Source: Squalus acanthias (Eukaryota). From it: a DNA stretch of 64,000 nucleotides. The notes beneath the pieces were generated by a model that ran no database searches, was not told the DNA's origin, and was given only the letters and a program-made list of their open reading frames with translations. The stretch covers positions 139,254,001 through 139,318,000 of the forward strand of contig CM059431.1 of the NCBI GenBank assembly GCA_030390025.1, written 5' to 3'. Shown here piece by piece: positions 51,999-64,000 of the stretch. How positions within the stretch are numbered: position 1 is the first letter of the stretch; each line of letters begins with the position of its first letter. The position numbers were made by a program, and so were the translations under genes.

Positions 51999-52896
51999 TC
52001 ATTTTCGAAAAACAATAAACTTCCATGGAGATTTAATCAGCTTCTTCAGCTCTGCCCTGAATTTAGTTTGAGTAGCTGCATAAATACACGTGTTTGAACA
52101 GGAACTCAAATACATGAGCATATATCCGGTTGCTGTGGCGATGTATGCGGGAACTGAATAATCGCCTCGGTAAAACGCGGTTTTTGACAGTCTGGTAGTT
52201 AAATAACTAACAACAGATGTCAGCCACAACAGTATAAAACTGCCCGATACACTGAAAAGTAAAATGATGGATTTCCTTTGGTTCTCCATCTCTGGATCGC
52301 TCTGATTCTCACTGCTGTGACCCCGAAATCCCCTGCGGGCTCTACTGGCCACTAAAATACGTCTGACTTTCAAACAATTAAACAGTAATATCAAAGCAAA
52401 TGCAAGCCAAGCAATGAAAATGCTTTCTAACCAGTAGTACGCGACACTTGCAGCCGATGATAAAAACTCCACTCTGGCGCGGCAACCCCAGGGAACATTG
52501 TTAATTATTCGCTCAGGTTCATATGCAAACCAAAAAGGGAGGCTCTGTAAACAGATCAGGAGAGAGACCGTTGTTATAACCGCGGCCGCAGTTCTCACAG
52601 TGCAATACTTGGTTTTAAACTTCTCACAACATATAGCTACAAATCGGTCAAATGTGAATGAGACTGTAAACCACACCGACAAATAAAGGTGAAACATTGC
52701 ACATATATAATGATCTTACAAACGGCAGTTAACGACAGGAATGAATGTGGAAAGTGATAACGTATAATGCGGTTCACTAGTATATTGATGATCATGACCA
52801 GTAGATCTGCTGTTGCCATGGCCACCATGTAGACAGAGATACATTTGGAAAGGCCGCAATTTCCTCTGGAGAGAATCACGATTGCCAGTAGGTTCG
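51999..52896 (-). CDS. GPR139-like GPCR gene B, exon 2, with a -1 frameshift near 52685-52689 (pseudogene or assembly indel)
   Basis: Acceptor ctctttctcacag|CG. Motifs ANLLAIVILSRGNCGLSKC, AMATADLL, FTFDRFVAIC, VPWGC and SNTCIY. One added base gives 322 aa in total. Confidence 0.9.
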
Positions 52897-53647
52897 CTGT
52901 GAGAAAGAGGGTCAAGAGGTCAGTAACGGGGTCATTCAGGTAAATCTCACAGCATATTGTGGGGAAATGTTCAGATGTGTCCCTGCTTAGGGTTATGCAC
53001 ACGGATTGTTATCATGAATATAGGCGAGGGTTAACGTATGTTGTTTAACATAAATTATTCATTGGGCATTCAATATAGAGGGACAAAAAATCCATCATCC
53101 TTCCAGCATACTTCAGTCAGTCTTTGTCAAATACTAAAAATAATTTCACGGCAATTTATGGAAAGATATAATTCAAATGAAACATTCAGCTGAGAGAAAA
53201 ACGTTCAATTTATGTCCAAATTCTGCCGAGGGGAGTGGAGCATCTTCTTCAGTGGAAATTATTTCTCAAAATATCTTGCAAAGTCCTCTGTTGGGTGGAG
53301 GTGGTTTGCAGTTCGAGGAATTATCACATTAATATAGACAGGGAACAACGGCACAAATGAGGTGAATATTATAGACACTGAGCAACACGTTCTTTAGTGA
53401 TCTATGCACGGTTGGAGAGCCCGGGGAATTAGCCTCGCCCTCCCTCAGTATAGGGAGGAAGGTTGAGCGCCCGGTACAAACGATCTGCCCACCAGAACAG
53501 CGGCCGCGCGTTCTCGTAGGATTCCCGCTGATATTCGGAGACTGATCCCGGTTGATGAATGAATATGCATTGAGGACATTCTCGGAATATGTTGCATTAA
53601 CACTCAGATAGTCAACAGCTATTAGGCAACAGGATACATTGACTTAC

Positions 53648-53717
53648 CGGGAACGCCAAAGGCTGCGAGAAAATGATAGTAAATCTCCTTTATCTGTAGA
53701 ATTGCTGGCCGTGCCAT
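53648..53717 (-). CDS. GPR139-like GPCR gene B, exon 1 (MARPAILQIKEIYYHFLAAFGVP)
   Basis: ATG at 53717, 23 codons plus 1 nt, GTAAG donor, 751-bp phase-1 intron. Same intron position as gene A. Confidence 0.88.
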
Positions 53718-53796
53718 TGTTTTGCAGATTTGTGTGAAGATTGAGCGGCTTTACAGTTCCGACTAGAGTCAATCGGCGATCCGTAAGTGCTCACCC

Positions 53797-53874
53797 TTTA
53801 TAGGACCGCCGCTGCCCCTGTGAGAAAATCATGTTACACAATAATTGTCGCTGGTTACAGTCACTTAACAAACA
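53797..53874 (-). promoter_or_regulatory. Putative promoter of gene B: TGTTTGTTAAGTGACTGTAAC, CAGGGGCAG and TATAAA
   Basis: TATAAA at 53802-53797; shared motif at 53874-53854. Confidence 0.65.
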
Positions 53875-54169
53875 AGGAGCGATTTTCCCATTCAGTTTGC
53901 CCCGGCCGCCACTGGGGAAATTGAACAGATCAGTCCATGAAACTCGGTCCATTAAAATCAATGAACGGAAAATAATCCCAGAGGGAATGTGCTCTGCGAA
54001 TCTCTGGTGAAAACTGAAGGCAACATCCTTCCCGGACTCTGCATTAGGTTCTTGAAGTCACATGTTAATTTGATGAAATCGTCACTCATCCATTGTATAA
54101 CGATTTGTTTTGTACTGTGATGATGAATGATGATGAATCGGCTCCAACATGACTGACGATGCTTTTAAT

Positions 54170-57100
54170 CTTACATTACTGGTGGAGACCCTACTCTAAC
54201 ATTACTGCTGGTGTCACTACTCAAACATTACTGGTGGTGACCCTACACTAACATTACTGGTGGTAACCCTACTCAAACATTACTGGTGGTGACCCTACAC
54301 TAACATTACTGGTGGAAACCCTACTCAAACATTACTCGTGGTGACCCTACTCTAACATAAATGCTGGTGACAGTATTCAAACATTACTGGTGGTGACTCT
54401 ACTCTAACATTACTGGTGGTGACACTACTCTAACATTACTGGTGGTGACACTACTCAAACATTACTGGTGGTGACCCTACTCTAACATTAATGCTGTTGA
54501 CACTACTCAAACATTACTGGTGGTGACCTTACTCTAACATTACTGATGTTGACTCTACTCTAACATTACTGGTGGTGACCCTACTCTAACATTACTGGTG
54601 GTGAACTTACTCTAACATTACCGGTGATGACCCTACTCTAACATTAATGGTGGTGACGCTACTCTAACATTACTGGTGGTGACCCTACTCTAACATTACT
54701 GGTGGTGACCCTACTCTAACATTACTGGTGGTGACCCTACTCTAACATTAATGCTGGTGACCCTACTCTAACATTACTGCTGGTGACACGACGCTGCCAA
54801 TAATTGTGTTGATCCTACTGTAACATTCCAGTTGATGACCCTACGCAACATTACTGAAGTTGAGCCTACACTCACAGTACATGTCATGAATCTAGGCTAC
54901 TAAAGCTGGTGTGATCGTACTCCTACATTATTAGTGCTGATCCTGCTGTGACATTACTGGTGGTGAACCTGATCCAACATTACTGGTGGTGAACCAACTC
55001 TAACATTACTGGTGGTGTCTCAACTTTAACATTACTGGTGGTGAATCCACTCTAACATTACTGTTGGTGACCCTGCTCTAACATTACTGGTGGTGACCCT
55101 ACTCTTACATTACTGGTTGTGAACCTGTTCTAACATTACTGGTGGTGACCCTACTTTAACATTACTGGTGGTGTCTCAACTCTAACATTACATATGGTGA
55201 AGCTGCTCTAACATTACTGGTGGTGAACCTGCTCTAACATTATTGGTGGTGACCCTACTCTAACATTACTGTTGGTGAACCAACTCTAACATTACTGGTG
55301 GTGAACCTACTCTAACATTACTGGTGGTGAACCTGTTCTAACATTACTGGTGGTGACCCTACTCTAACATTACTGGTGGTGTCTCAACTCTAACATGACA
55401 TATGGTGAAGCTGCTCTAACATTAATGGTGGTGTATCAACTCTAACATTAATAGTGGTGAACCTACTGTAAAATTACTGGTGGTGAACCTGCTCTAACAT
55501 TACTGGTGGTGTCTCAACTATAACATTACTGGTGGTGAACTGGCTCGAACATTACTGGTGGTGTCTCAACTCTAACATTACTGGTGTTGACCCTACTCTA
55601 ACATTACTGGTGGCGAGCCTACTCTAACATTACTGGTGTTGACCCTACTCTAACATTACTGGTGGTGACACTGCTCTAAAAATTACTGGTGGGGAACCTA
55701 CTCTAACATTACTGGTGGTTTCTCAACTCTAACATTACTGGTGTTGACCCTACTCTAACATTACTAGGTGGTGTCTCAACTCTAACATTACTGGTGTTGA
55801 CCCTACTCTAACATTACTGGTGGCGAGCCTACTCTAAAATTACTGGTGGTGACACTTCTATAACATTACTGGTGGTGACCCTACGCTACCATTACTCGTG
55901 GTGACCCTACTCTGACATTACTGGTGGTGACACTACTCTAACATTACTGGTGGTGACTCTACTCTAACATTACTCGTGGTGACCCTACACTAACATTACT
56001 GATGGAGAAACTACTATAACATTACTGGTGGTGTCTGAACTCTAACATTACTAGCGGTGAACCTGCTCTAACATTACTGGTGGTGACCCTACTCTATCAT
56101 TACTGGTGGTGACACTAATCAAACATTACTGATGGCGAACCTACTCTAACATTACTGGTGGTGACCCTACTCGATCATTACTGTTGGTGACCCTACTCTA
56201 TCATTACTGGTGGTGACCCTAATCTAACATTATTGATGGCAAACCTACTCTAACATTATTGCTGGTGTCTCAACTTTAACATTACTGGCGCTGACCCTAC
56301 TCTAACATTACTGATGGCGAAACTACTCTAACATTACTGGTGGTGACCCTACTCTAACATTACTGGTGGTGACCCTACTCTAACATTACTGGTGGTGACC
56401 CTACTCTAACATTACTGGTGGTGACCCTACTCTAACATTACTGGTGGTAACACGACGCTGTCAATAATTGTGTTGATCCTACTGTAACATTACAGGTGAT
56501 GACCCTACGCAACACTACTGAAGTTGATCCTACACTCACAGTACATGTCATGAATCTAGGCTACTATTGCTGGTAGTGATCATACTCCTACATTATTAGT
56601 GGTGATCCTGCTGTAACATTCCTGGTGGTGAACTGCTCTAACATTAATGGTGGTGTCTCAACTCTAACATTACTGGTGGAGTGTCAACGCTAACATTACT
56701 GGTGGTGAATCCACTCTAACATTACTGGCGGTGAACCGGCTCTAAAATTACTGGTGGTGACCCTACTGTAACATTACTGGTTGTGAACCTGATCTAACAT
56801 TACTGGTGGTGACTCAACTCTAACATTACTGGTGCTGAACCAACTCCAACATTACTGGTGGTGACTCTACTCTTACATTACTGGTGGTGTCTCAACTCTA
56901 ACATTACTTATGGTGAACCTGCTCTAACATTACTGGTGGTGAACCAGATCTAACATTACTGGTGGTGTCTCAACTCTAACTTTACTGGTGGTAAACCTGC
57001 TCTAACATTACTGGTGGTGAACCTGCTCCAACATTACTGGTGTTGTCTCAACTCTAACATTACTGGTGGTGACTCAACTCTAACATTACTGGTGATGACC

Positions 57101-60100
57101 CTACTCTAACATTACTGGTGGTGACACTACTCTAACATTACTCGTGGTGACCCTACTCTAATATTACTGATTTTGATCCTACTCTATCATTACTGGTGGT
57201 GACACTACTATAACATTACTGATGGTGACCCTAAGCTAAAATTATTGGTGATGACCCTAATCTAACATTACTGCTGGTGACATTACTGGTGTGGTCTCAA
57301 CTCTAACATTACTTGTAGTGCAACCTTACTGAAGTTGAGCCTACACTCACAGTACATGTCATGAATCTAGGCTGCTATTGCTGGTAGTGATCGTATTCCT
57401 ACATTATTAGTGGTGATCCTGCTGTAACATTACTGGTAGTGACTCTAATCTATCATTACTGGTGGTGACTCCACTCTCACATTACTGGTGGAGTATCAAC
57501 TCTAACATTACTGGTGAGGTCCCTACTCTAACATTACTGGTGTTGAACCTGCTCTAACATTACTGGTGGTGAACCTGCTCTAACATTATTGGTGGTGACC
57601 GTACTCTAACATTACTGTTGGTGAACCAACTCTAACATTACTGGTGGTGAACCTACTCTAACATTACTGGTGGTGAACCTGCTCTAACATTACTGTTGGT
57701 GAACCTGCTTTAATATTACTGGTGGTGAACCTGCTCTAACATTACTGGTGGTGACCCTACTCTAACATTACTGCTGGTGTCTCAACTCTAACATTACTGG
57801 GGTTGAACCTGCTCTAACATTACTGGTGGTATATCAACTGTAACATTACTGGTGGTGAACCTACGCTAACATTATTTTGGCGAACCTACTCTAACATTAC
57901 TGGTGGTGTCTTAACTCTAACATTACTGGTGGTGAAACTGCTCTAACATTACTGGTGGTGTCTCATCTCTAACATCTCTTACATTACTGTTGGTGACCCT
58001 GCTCTAACATTAATGGTGGAGAACCTACTCTAACATTACTGGCGATGACCCTCCTCTATCATTACTGGTGGTGACGCTATTCTAACTTTTCTGGTGGTGA
58101 CACTCCTCTAACATTACTGTTGGTGACTATAATCTAACATTACTGGTGGTGACACTACTCTAACATTACTGGTGGTGACCCTACTGTATCATTACTGGTG
58201 GTGACCCTACTCTATCATTACTGGTGGTGACCCACTCTAACATTACTGGTGGTTTCCTTACTCTATCATTACTGCTGTTGTCCCTACTCTAACATTACTG
58301 ATAGTGACTATAATCTAACATTACTGGTGGTGACACTACTCTAACATTACTGGTGGTGACCCTACACTAACATTAATGGTGGTGACCCTATTCTAACATT
58401 ACTGGTGGTGACCCTACTCTATCATTACTGTTGGTCACCCTGCAATAACATTACTGGAGGCGTGCCTAGTTGAAATTAATGGTGGTGATTCTACTCTAAA
58501 TTTAATGATGTTGTTCCTACGCTAACATTACTAGTGCTTTTTCAATCTAACATTACTGGTAGTAACTCTAGTCTATCATTAATGATGGCAATCCTGCACT
58601 AACATTATTTGTGGTGACGCTACTCTAACATTACTTTTAGACACCCTACTCTAACATTACTGCAGTGACACTGCTCTATCATTACTGGTGGAGACCCTAA
58701 TGTAACCTTGCTGATGGTGTATCACTTTAAATTAGGTTTGCTGACCTTACTCTAACATCAAATTTGTGGTTTCCCTACTCTATCATTATTGGTGGTGACT
58801 CTACTTTTTTAGTAATGATGGTGGCCCTCCTCGAAAATTACTTGTGGTGACGCTACACTTACACGACAGGTGTTGATCCTACTCTAACATTAATTGTGCT
58901 GGCCATACTCGAACATTAATGGTGTTGACCTTACTCTATCATTACTGGCGGTGAACCAACTCTTATATTACTGATGGTGACTCTACTCTAACATTAATGC
59001 TTGTGACCATATTCGAACATTATTGGTGGTGACTCCACTGTAACATTACTGGTGGTAACAGTACTCTTACGTTACAGGTGCTGAAACTACACGAACACAA
59101 CTGATGGTGACACTGCTCTAACATAGCTGATTGTGACCGTACTCTAAAATCAATGGTGGGGAAATTAAACTAACATTACTGATGGTGACTTACTGTAGCA
59201 TTGCTGTTGGTGGAACTACACTAACATTACTGATGCTGACCCTATACTAACATTGCTGATGGTGAATCCACGCCAACATTATTGGTATTGACCATACCCT
59301 AACATAAATGTTGTCGTGTCTCTACTCTAACATTACTGGTGGTGATTAGACTCAAACATTACTGGTGGTGAACCTACTCTAACATTACTGGTGGTGACCC
59401 TTCCATAACATTACAATGATGACACTGCTCTAACAATACTGGTGGTGACACTACTCTAACATTACTGGTGATTAACCTACCCCAACATTACTGGTGGTGA
59501 CCCTACTCGAACATTACTAGTGGTAACTCTATGATAACTTTAATGGTGGTGATTCTACTCTATCGTTACTGGTGGTGACCCTACTCCAGCATTACTGACA
59601 GTGAACCAACTCTAACATTACTGGTGGTGAGCCTATGATAAATGTACTAGTGCTGACACTTCTCTAACGTTAATGGCGGTGATCCTACTCCAACATTACT
59701 GGTGGTGACCCAACTCTAACATTACTGGTGTTGACGCTACTCTAACATTACTGTTGGTGAAACTACTTTATCATTACTGTTTTTGACCCTGGTCGAACAT
59801 TACTGGTGGTGACTCTACTCTCACATTACTGGTGGTGAACCTACTCTAACATTACTGGTTGTGACACTACTCTGACATTACTGGTGGTGATCCTACTGTA
59901 ATTTACTGGTGGTGACTCGACTCTAACATTACTGACTTTGACACGGTGATTACATTACTGCTGGTGACACTACTCTAACATTACTGGAGATGACCCCACT
60001 TTTACTTTACTGGTGGTGGCCCTACTCTAACATTACAGGTGATAACCCTACGCTAAAATTAATGAAGTTGATCGTACTTTCAGTGTACATGTCAAGAAAC

Positions 60101-61180
60101 TAGTGTAACATTAAAAGTGGTGAACCTACTCTAAAATTAATATTGATATCCCAACTCTAACCTTACTGGTGTTGATCGTACTATAACGTTACTGTTGGTG
60201 ACCTTACTCGAAAATTTCTCCTCGTGAAACTAATTTAACACTACTGATGGTGACCATTCTCCAACATTGCTGGTGGTGACCGTGATTTAAAATTACCTTT
60301 GGTTAACCCACTCTGACATAACTGATTGTGACCCTTCTCTATCATACCTGTTGGCGACCCTACTCTAACATTATTGGTGGTGAATCTACTCCAACATTAA
60401 TGGTGGTGGCCCACACTAACATTGCTGGTGCTGACTGCACTCTAACATTACTGGTGGTGACTCAACTCCAACATTTCTTGTGGTGACCCTACTCTAACGT
60501 TACTGGTGGTGACCCTACTCTAACATTTGTGGTGATGACCCTACTCTAACGTTACTGATGGTGAAACAACTCTATCATTACTGGTGGCGACCCTACTCTA
60601 GCAATACTGTTGTTGACCCTACTCTAATATTATTGGCGGTGATCCTACTCTAACATTACTGGTAATGACACTACTTTAACGTTACTGGTGGCGAAACTAT
60701 CTAACGTTACTTGTGGTGTCCCTGGTTTAACATTACTCTTGCTGAACCTACTCTAACACAACTGACTGTGACCCTACTCTAACATTACTGGTTGTGACTG
60801 TATGATAACTTTACTGATAGTGATCCTACAGTAACATATATGGTAGTGATCCTTCTGTAACATTACTGGTGATGCCGCACTCTAACAAATCTGATGGCTT
60901 ACTTTACTCCAACATTACTGCTGGTAACTCTACTCTAACATTACTGATGGTGACACTATTCCAACATTTTTGTTGGTGAATCTACTCTAACATTACTGGT
61001 GTTTACCCTGCTCTAACATAACTGGTGGTGACCCTACTCTATCGTTACTGGTGTTGAAACTACTCTAACAATTCTGTTCGTGAACCTAGTCTAGCATAAC
61101 TGATGGTGACCCTACTCTAACATTACTGATGGTGACCCTATTTTACATTACTGGTGGTGAGCCTATGATTAATTTACTGG
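54170..61180. repeat. 26-bp satellite (TAACATTACTGGTGGTGACCCTACTC), ~270 copies
   Basis: Direct 26-bp periodicity, e.g. 54661 and 54687; more diverged toward 58.4-61 kb. Confidence 0.97.
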
Positions 61181-61181
61181 T

Positions 61182-61645
61182 ATAAAAACAGGAGAATCTG
61201 CAGGAACTCAGCAGGTCAGGCAGCATCTGTGAAGAGATAAACAGAGTTAACGTTTCAGGTCGATGACCTTTCGTCACAACTGGAATAAAGCAGAAAATTG
61301 AACAGATTTTTAAGCAAGTGTAGAGGCTGGGAAAGTGGGGAGGGGATGAAAGAATAAAAGGGAAGATCTGTGATAGGATAGAAGGATGGAAGAGGTTAAG
61401 AGACATTAAGAGATTTTAAAGGCAAAAGGAGATGGTAATGGGACAGGTTAAGAAACAAAGGATGGCTCTAGGTGAAGTGTAAATTGCGCTGGCAGAATAA
61501 AAGACAGCTGCCATGTGGGGGAGAAGAAAAAAAAAGACAGACAAAGAGTCTTGATAAAAAAAATATTTATAAATGATAGGGGCTGAGGATATGATCTGAA
61601 ATTGTTGAATTCTATGTTGAGTCCAGAGGGCTGGAAAGTGACTAG
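61182..61645 (-). mobile_element. Penelope-like 3' fragment with GIY-YIG end and pLTR (hammerhead core mutated)
   Basis: Reverse complement encodes FQPSGLNIEFNNFRS. Hammerhead at 61245-61281 has GTGACGA instead of CTGANGA. Confidence 0.85.
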
Positions 61646-61664
61646 AGGAGGAGACTAGGGTGTC

Positions 61665-64000
61665 ATAGAGTCATAGTCATAGCGTTATACAGCACAGAAA
61701 GAGGCTCTTCGGCCCATTGTGTCCGCGCCGGCCATGAAGCCCTGTCTATTCTAATCCCATTTTCCAGCACTTGTACCGTAGCCTTGTATGCTATGGCGTT
61801 TCAAGTGCTCATCTAAATGCTTCTTGAATGTTGTGAGGATTCCTGCCTCTACCATCCTTTCAGGCAGTGAGTTCCAGATTCCAACCACCCTCTGGGTGAA
61901 AAAGTTTTTCCGGAAATCCCCTCTAAACCTCCTGCCCCTTACCTTGAAACCATGCCCCCTGGTTATTGTGCCCTCTACTAAGGGGAAAAGTTCCTTAATA
62001 ACTACCCTCTATATGCCCCTCATAATTTTGTACACCTCAATCAGGTCCCCCCTCAGCCAACTCTGCTCTAAGGAGAACATCCCCACCCTGCCCAGTCTCT
62101 CATCATAACTGAAGCGCTCCAGCCCAGGTAACATCCTGGTGAATCTCCTCTGCACCCTCTCCAATGCAATCACATCCTTCCTATCGAGTGGCAACCAGAA
62201 CTGCACACAATATTCCAGCTGTGGCCTAATCAGCGTTTTGTACAGCTCCATCATAACCTCCCTGCTCTTATATTCTATGCCTCGGCTAATGAAGGCAAGT
62301 ATCCCATATGCCTTTTTAAACAACTTATCTAACTGACTTGCTGCCTTCAGGGATCTATGTACATGCACACCAAGGTCCCTCTGATCCTTTGTCCTTCCTA
62401 TGTTCCTACCATTCATTCTGTATTCCCTTGCCTTGTTAGTCCGCCGAAAATGCATCACCTCACACTTTTCAGGGTTAAATTCCATTTGCCACTCTTCTGC
62501 CCATCTAATCAACCCGTCTATATCGTCCTGTAGCCTGAGGCTTCCCTCCTCGCTATTTATCACTTCACCAATTTTCGTGTCATCTGCGAACTTACTGATC
62601 ATACCTCCTATATTCATATCTAAATCATTAATGTACACTACAAACAGCAAAGGACCCAGCACCGATCCCTGCGGTACGCCACTGGACACAGGCTTCCAGT
62701 CACAAAAGCAACCTTCGACCATCACCCTCCGCATCCTGCCACTAAGCCAATTTTGGATCCAATTTGCCAAGGTGCCCTGGAACCCATGGGCTCTTTCCTT
62801 CTTGACCAGTCTCCCATGCGGGACTTTGACGAAAGCCTTACTGAAGTCCATGTAGACCACATCAGCTGCACTACCCTCATCCACACACCTAGTCACCTCC
62901 TCGAAAAATTCAATCAAATTGGTCAGACATGATCTCCCCCTGACAACGCCATGCTGACTATCCTTGTTTGATCCTTGCCTCTCCAAGTGGAGACTAATTC
63001 TGTCCCTCAGAATGTTTTCCAATAATTTCCCTAGCACTATTGTTAGGCACACTGGCCTGTAATTCCCTGGTTTATCCCTACTACCCTTCTTGAATAATTG
63101 TACTACGTTAGCTGTGCTCCAGTCCTCTGGCACCTCCCCTGTGGCCAGAGAGTTTATGAAAATTTGTGTCAGAGCCCCTGCAATCTCTTCCCTTGCCTCA
63201 CACAGCAGCCTGGGATATATCTCGTCTGGGCCTGGGGATTTATCCACTTTTGAGCCCGCTAAAACCGCTAGTATCTCCTCCCTCTCAATACTAATTTGTT
63301 CACGTATATCACAATCCCCCTGCCTGATTTCAATGCCTAAATCGTCCTTCTCCATAGTGAACACAGATGCAAAATATTCATTTAGAACCTCACCTACATC
63401 TTCCGACTCTACACACAGATTGCCTCTTTGGTCCCTAATGGGCCCTACTCTTACCCTGGTTATCCTCTTGCCCTTAATATACTTGTAAAACACCTTGGGA
63501 TTTTCCTTTCTTTTGCCTGCCAGTGTTTTTTCATGCTCCCTCTTCGCTCTCCTAATTTCATTTTAAGTACCCCGCTGCACTTTCTATACTCCTCTAGGGC
63601 TTCCACTGTTTTTAGTCCTTTGTATCAGGCAAAAGCCTCCGTTTTTTCCTAATCCATTCTTGTATATCCCTTGACATCCAGGGTTCACTTGGCTTGTTGT
63701 TCCCAACCATGACCTTTACGGGAGCATGTTGGCGTTGTACTCACTCTATTTCCTTTCTGAAAGACTCCCACTGCTCTGATGTGGATTTCCTGCAAGTAGC
63801 TGATCCCAGTCCACTTTGGCCAGATCCTGCCTTATGATATTACAATCGGCCTTCCCCCAATTTAGAACCTTTATTTCCGTCCATCTTTGTCCTTTTCCAT
63901 GACAACCTTAAATCTCGCCGAATTACGCTCACTCTCACCAAAATGCTCTCCTACTGTCACTTCGACCACTTGCCCGGCTGCATTCCCTAGAATTAGGTCC
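61665..64000 (-). mobile_element. CR1 LINE ORF2 (RT), running off the window edge
   Basis: 494-aa ORF at 62009-63493 with [20 protein letters not shown] and FADDTK; CR1 3' end at ~61665. Confidence 0.96.

Noticed and set aside
52897..53002. N-terminal extension MCITLSRD.. of the 121-aa ORF
   Set aside because: Intron sequence upstream of the splice acceptor; the true exon 1 is at 53717-53648.
54170..61180. CRISPR-like regular array
   Set aside because: Contiguous 26-bp units with no unique spacers and no cas genes, in a eukaryotic context.

Overview
Eukaryotic, repeat-dense vertebrate DNA. The repeat families (CR1, L2, LF-SINE, Penelope-like elements, Harbinger) and the receptor type suggest a cartilaginous fish; this is inference. 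Two convergent, two-exon class A GPCR genes of the GPR139/GPR142-like type bracket the window: + strand 1417-1483 joined to 11912-12799, and - strand 53717-53648 joined to 52896-51999. Each has one 1-bp frameshift, and both share a positionally conserved promoter motif. Between them lie a ~4.3 kb PIF/Harbinger transposon (disabled DDE transposase plus a three-exon Myb/SANT gene), several Penelope-like insertions carrying minimal hammerhead ribozymes (one a perfect 154-bp palindrome), five decayed tRNA genes, a full-length LF-SINE, many CR1/L2 LINE fragments and two old local duplications. There are also several tandem-repeat arrays, including a 7-kb 26-bp array next to the second receptor promoter. 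No prokaryotic features or CRISPR arrays are present. All alignments were done by eye, so degraded-repeat boundaries are approximate.
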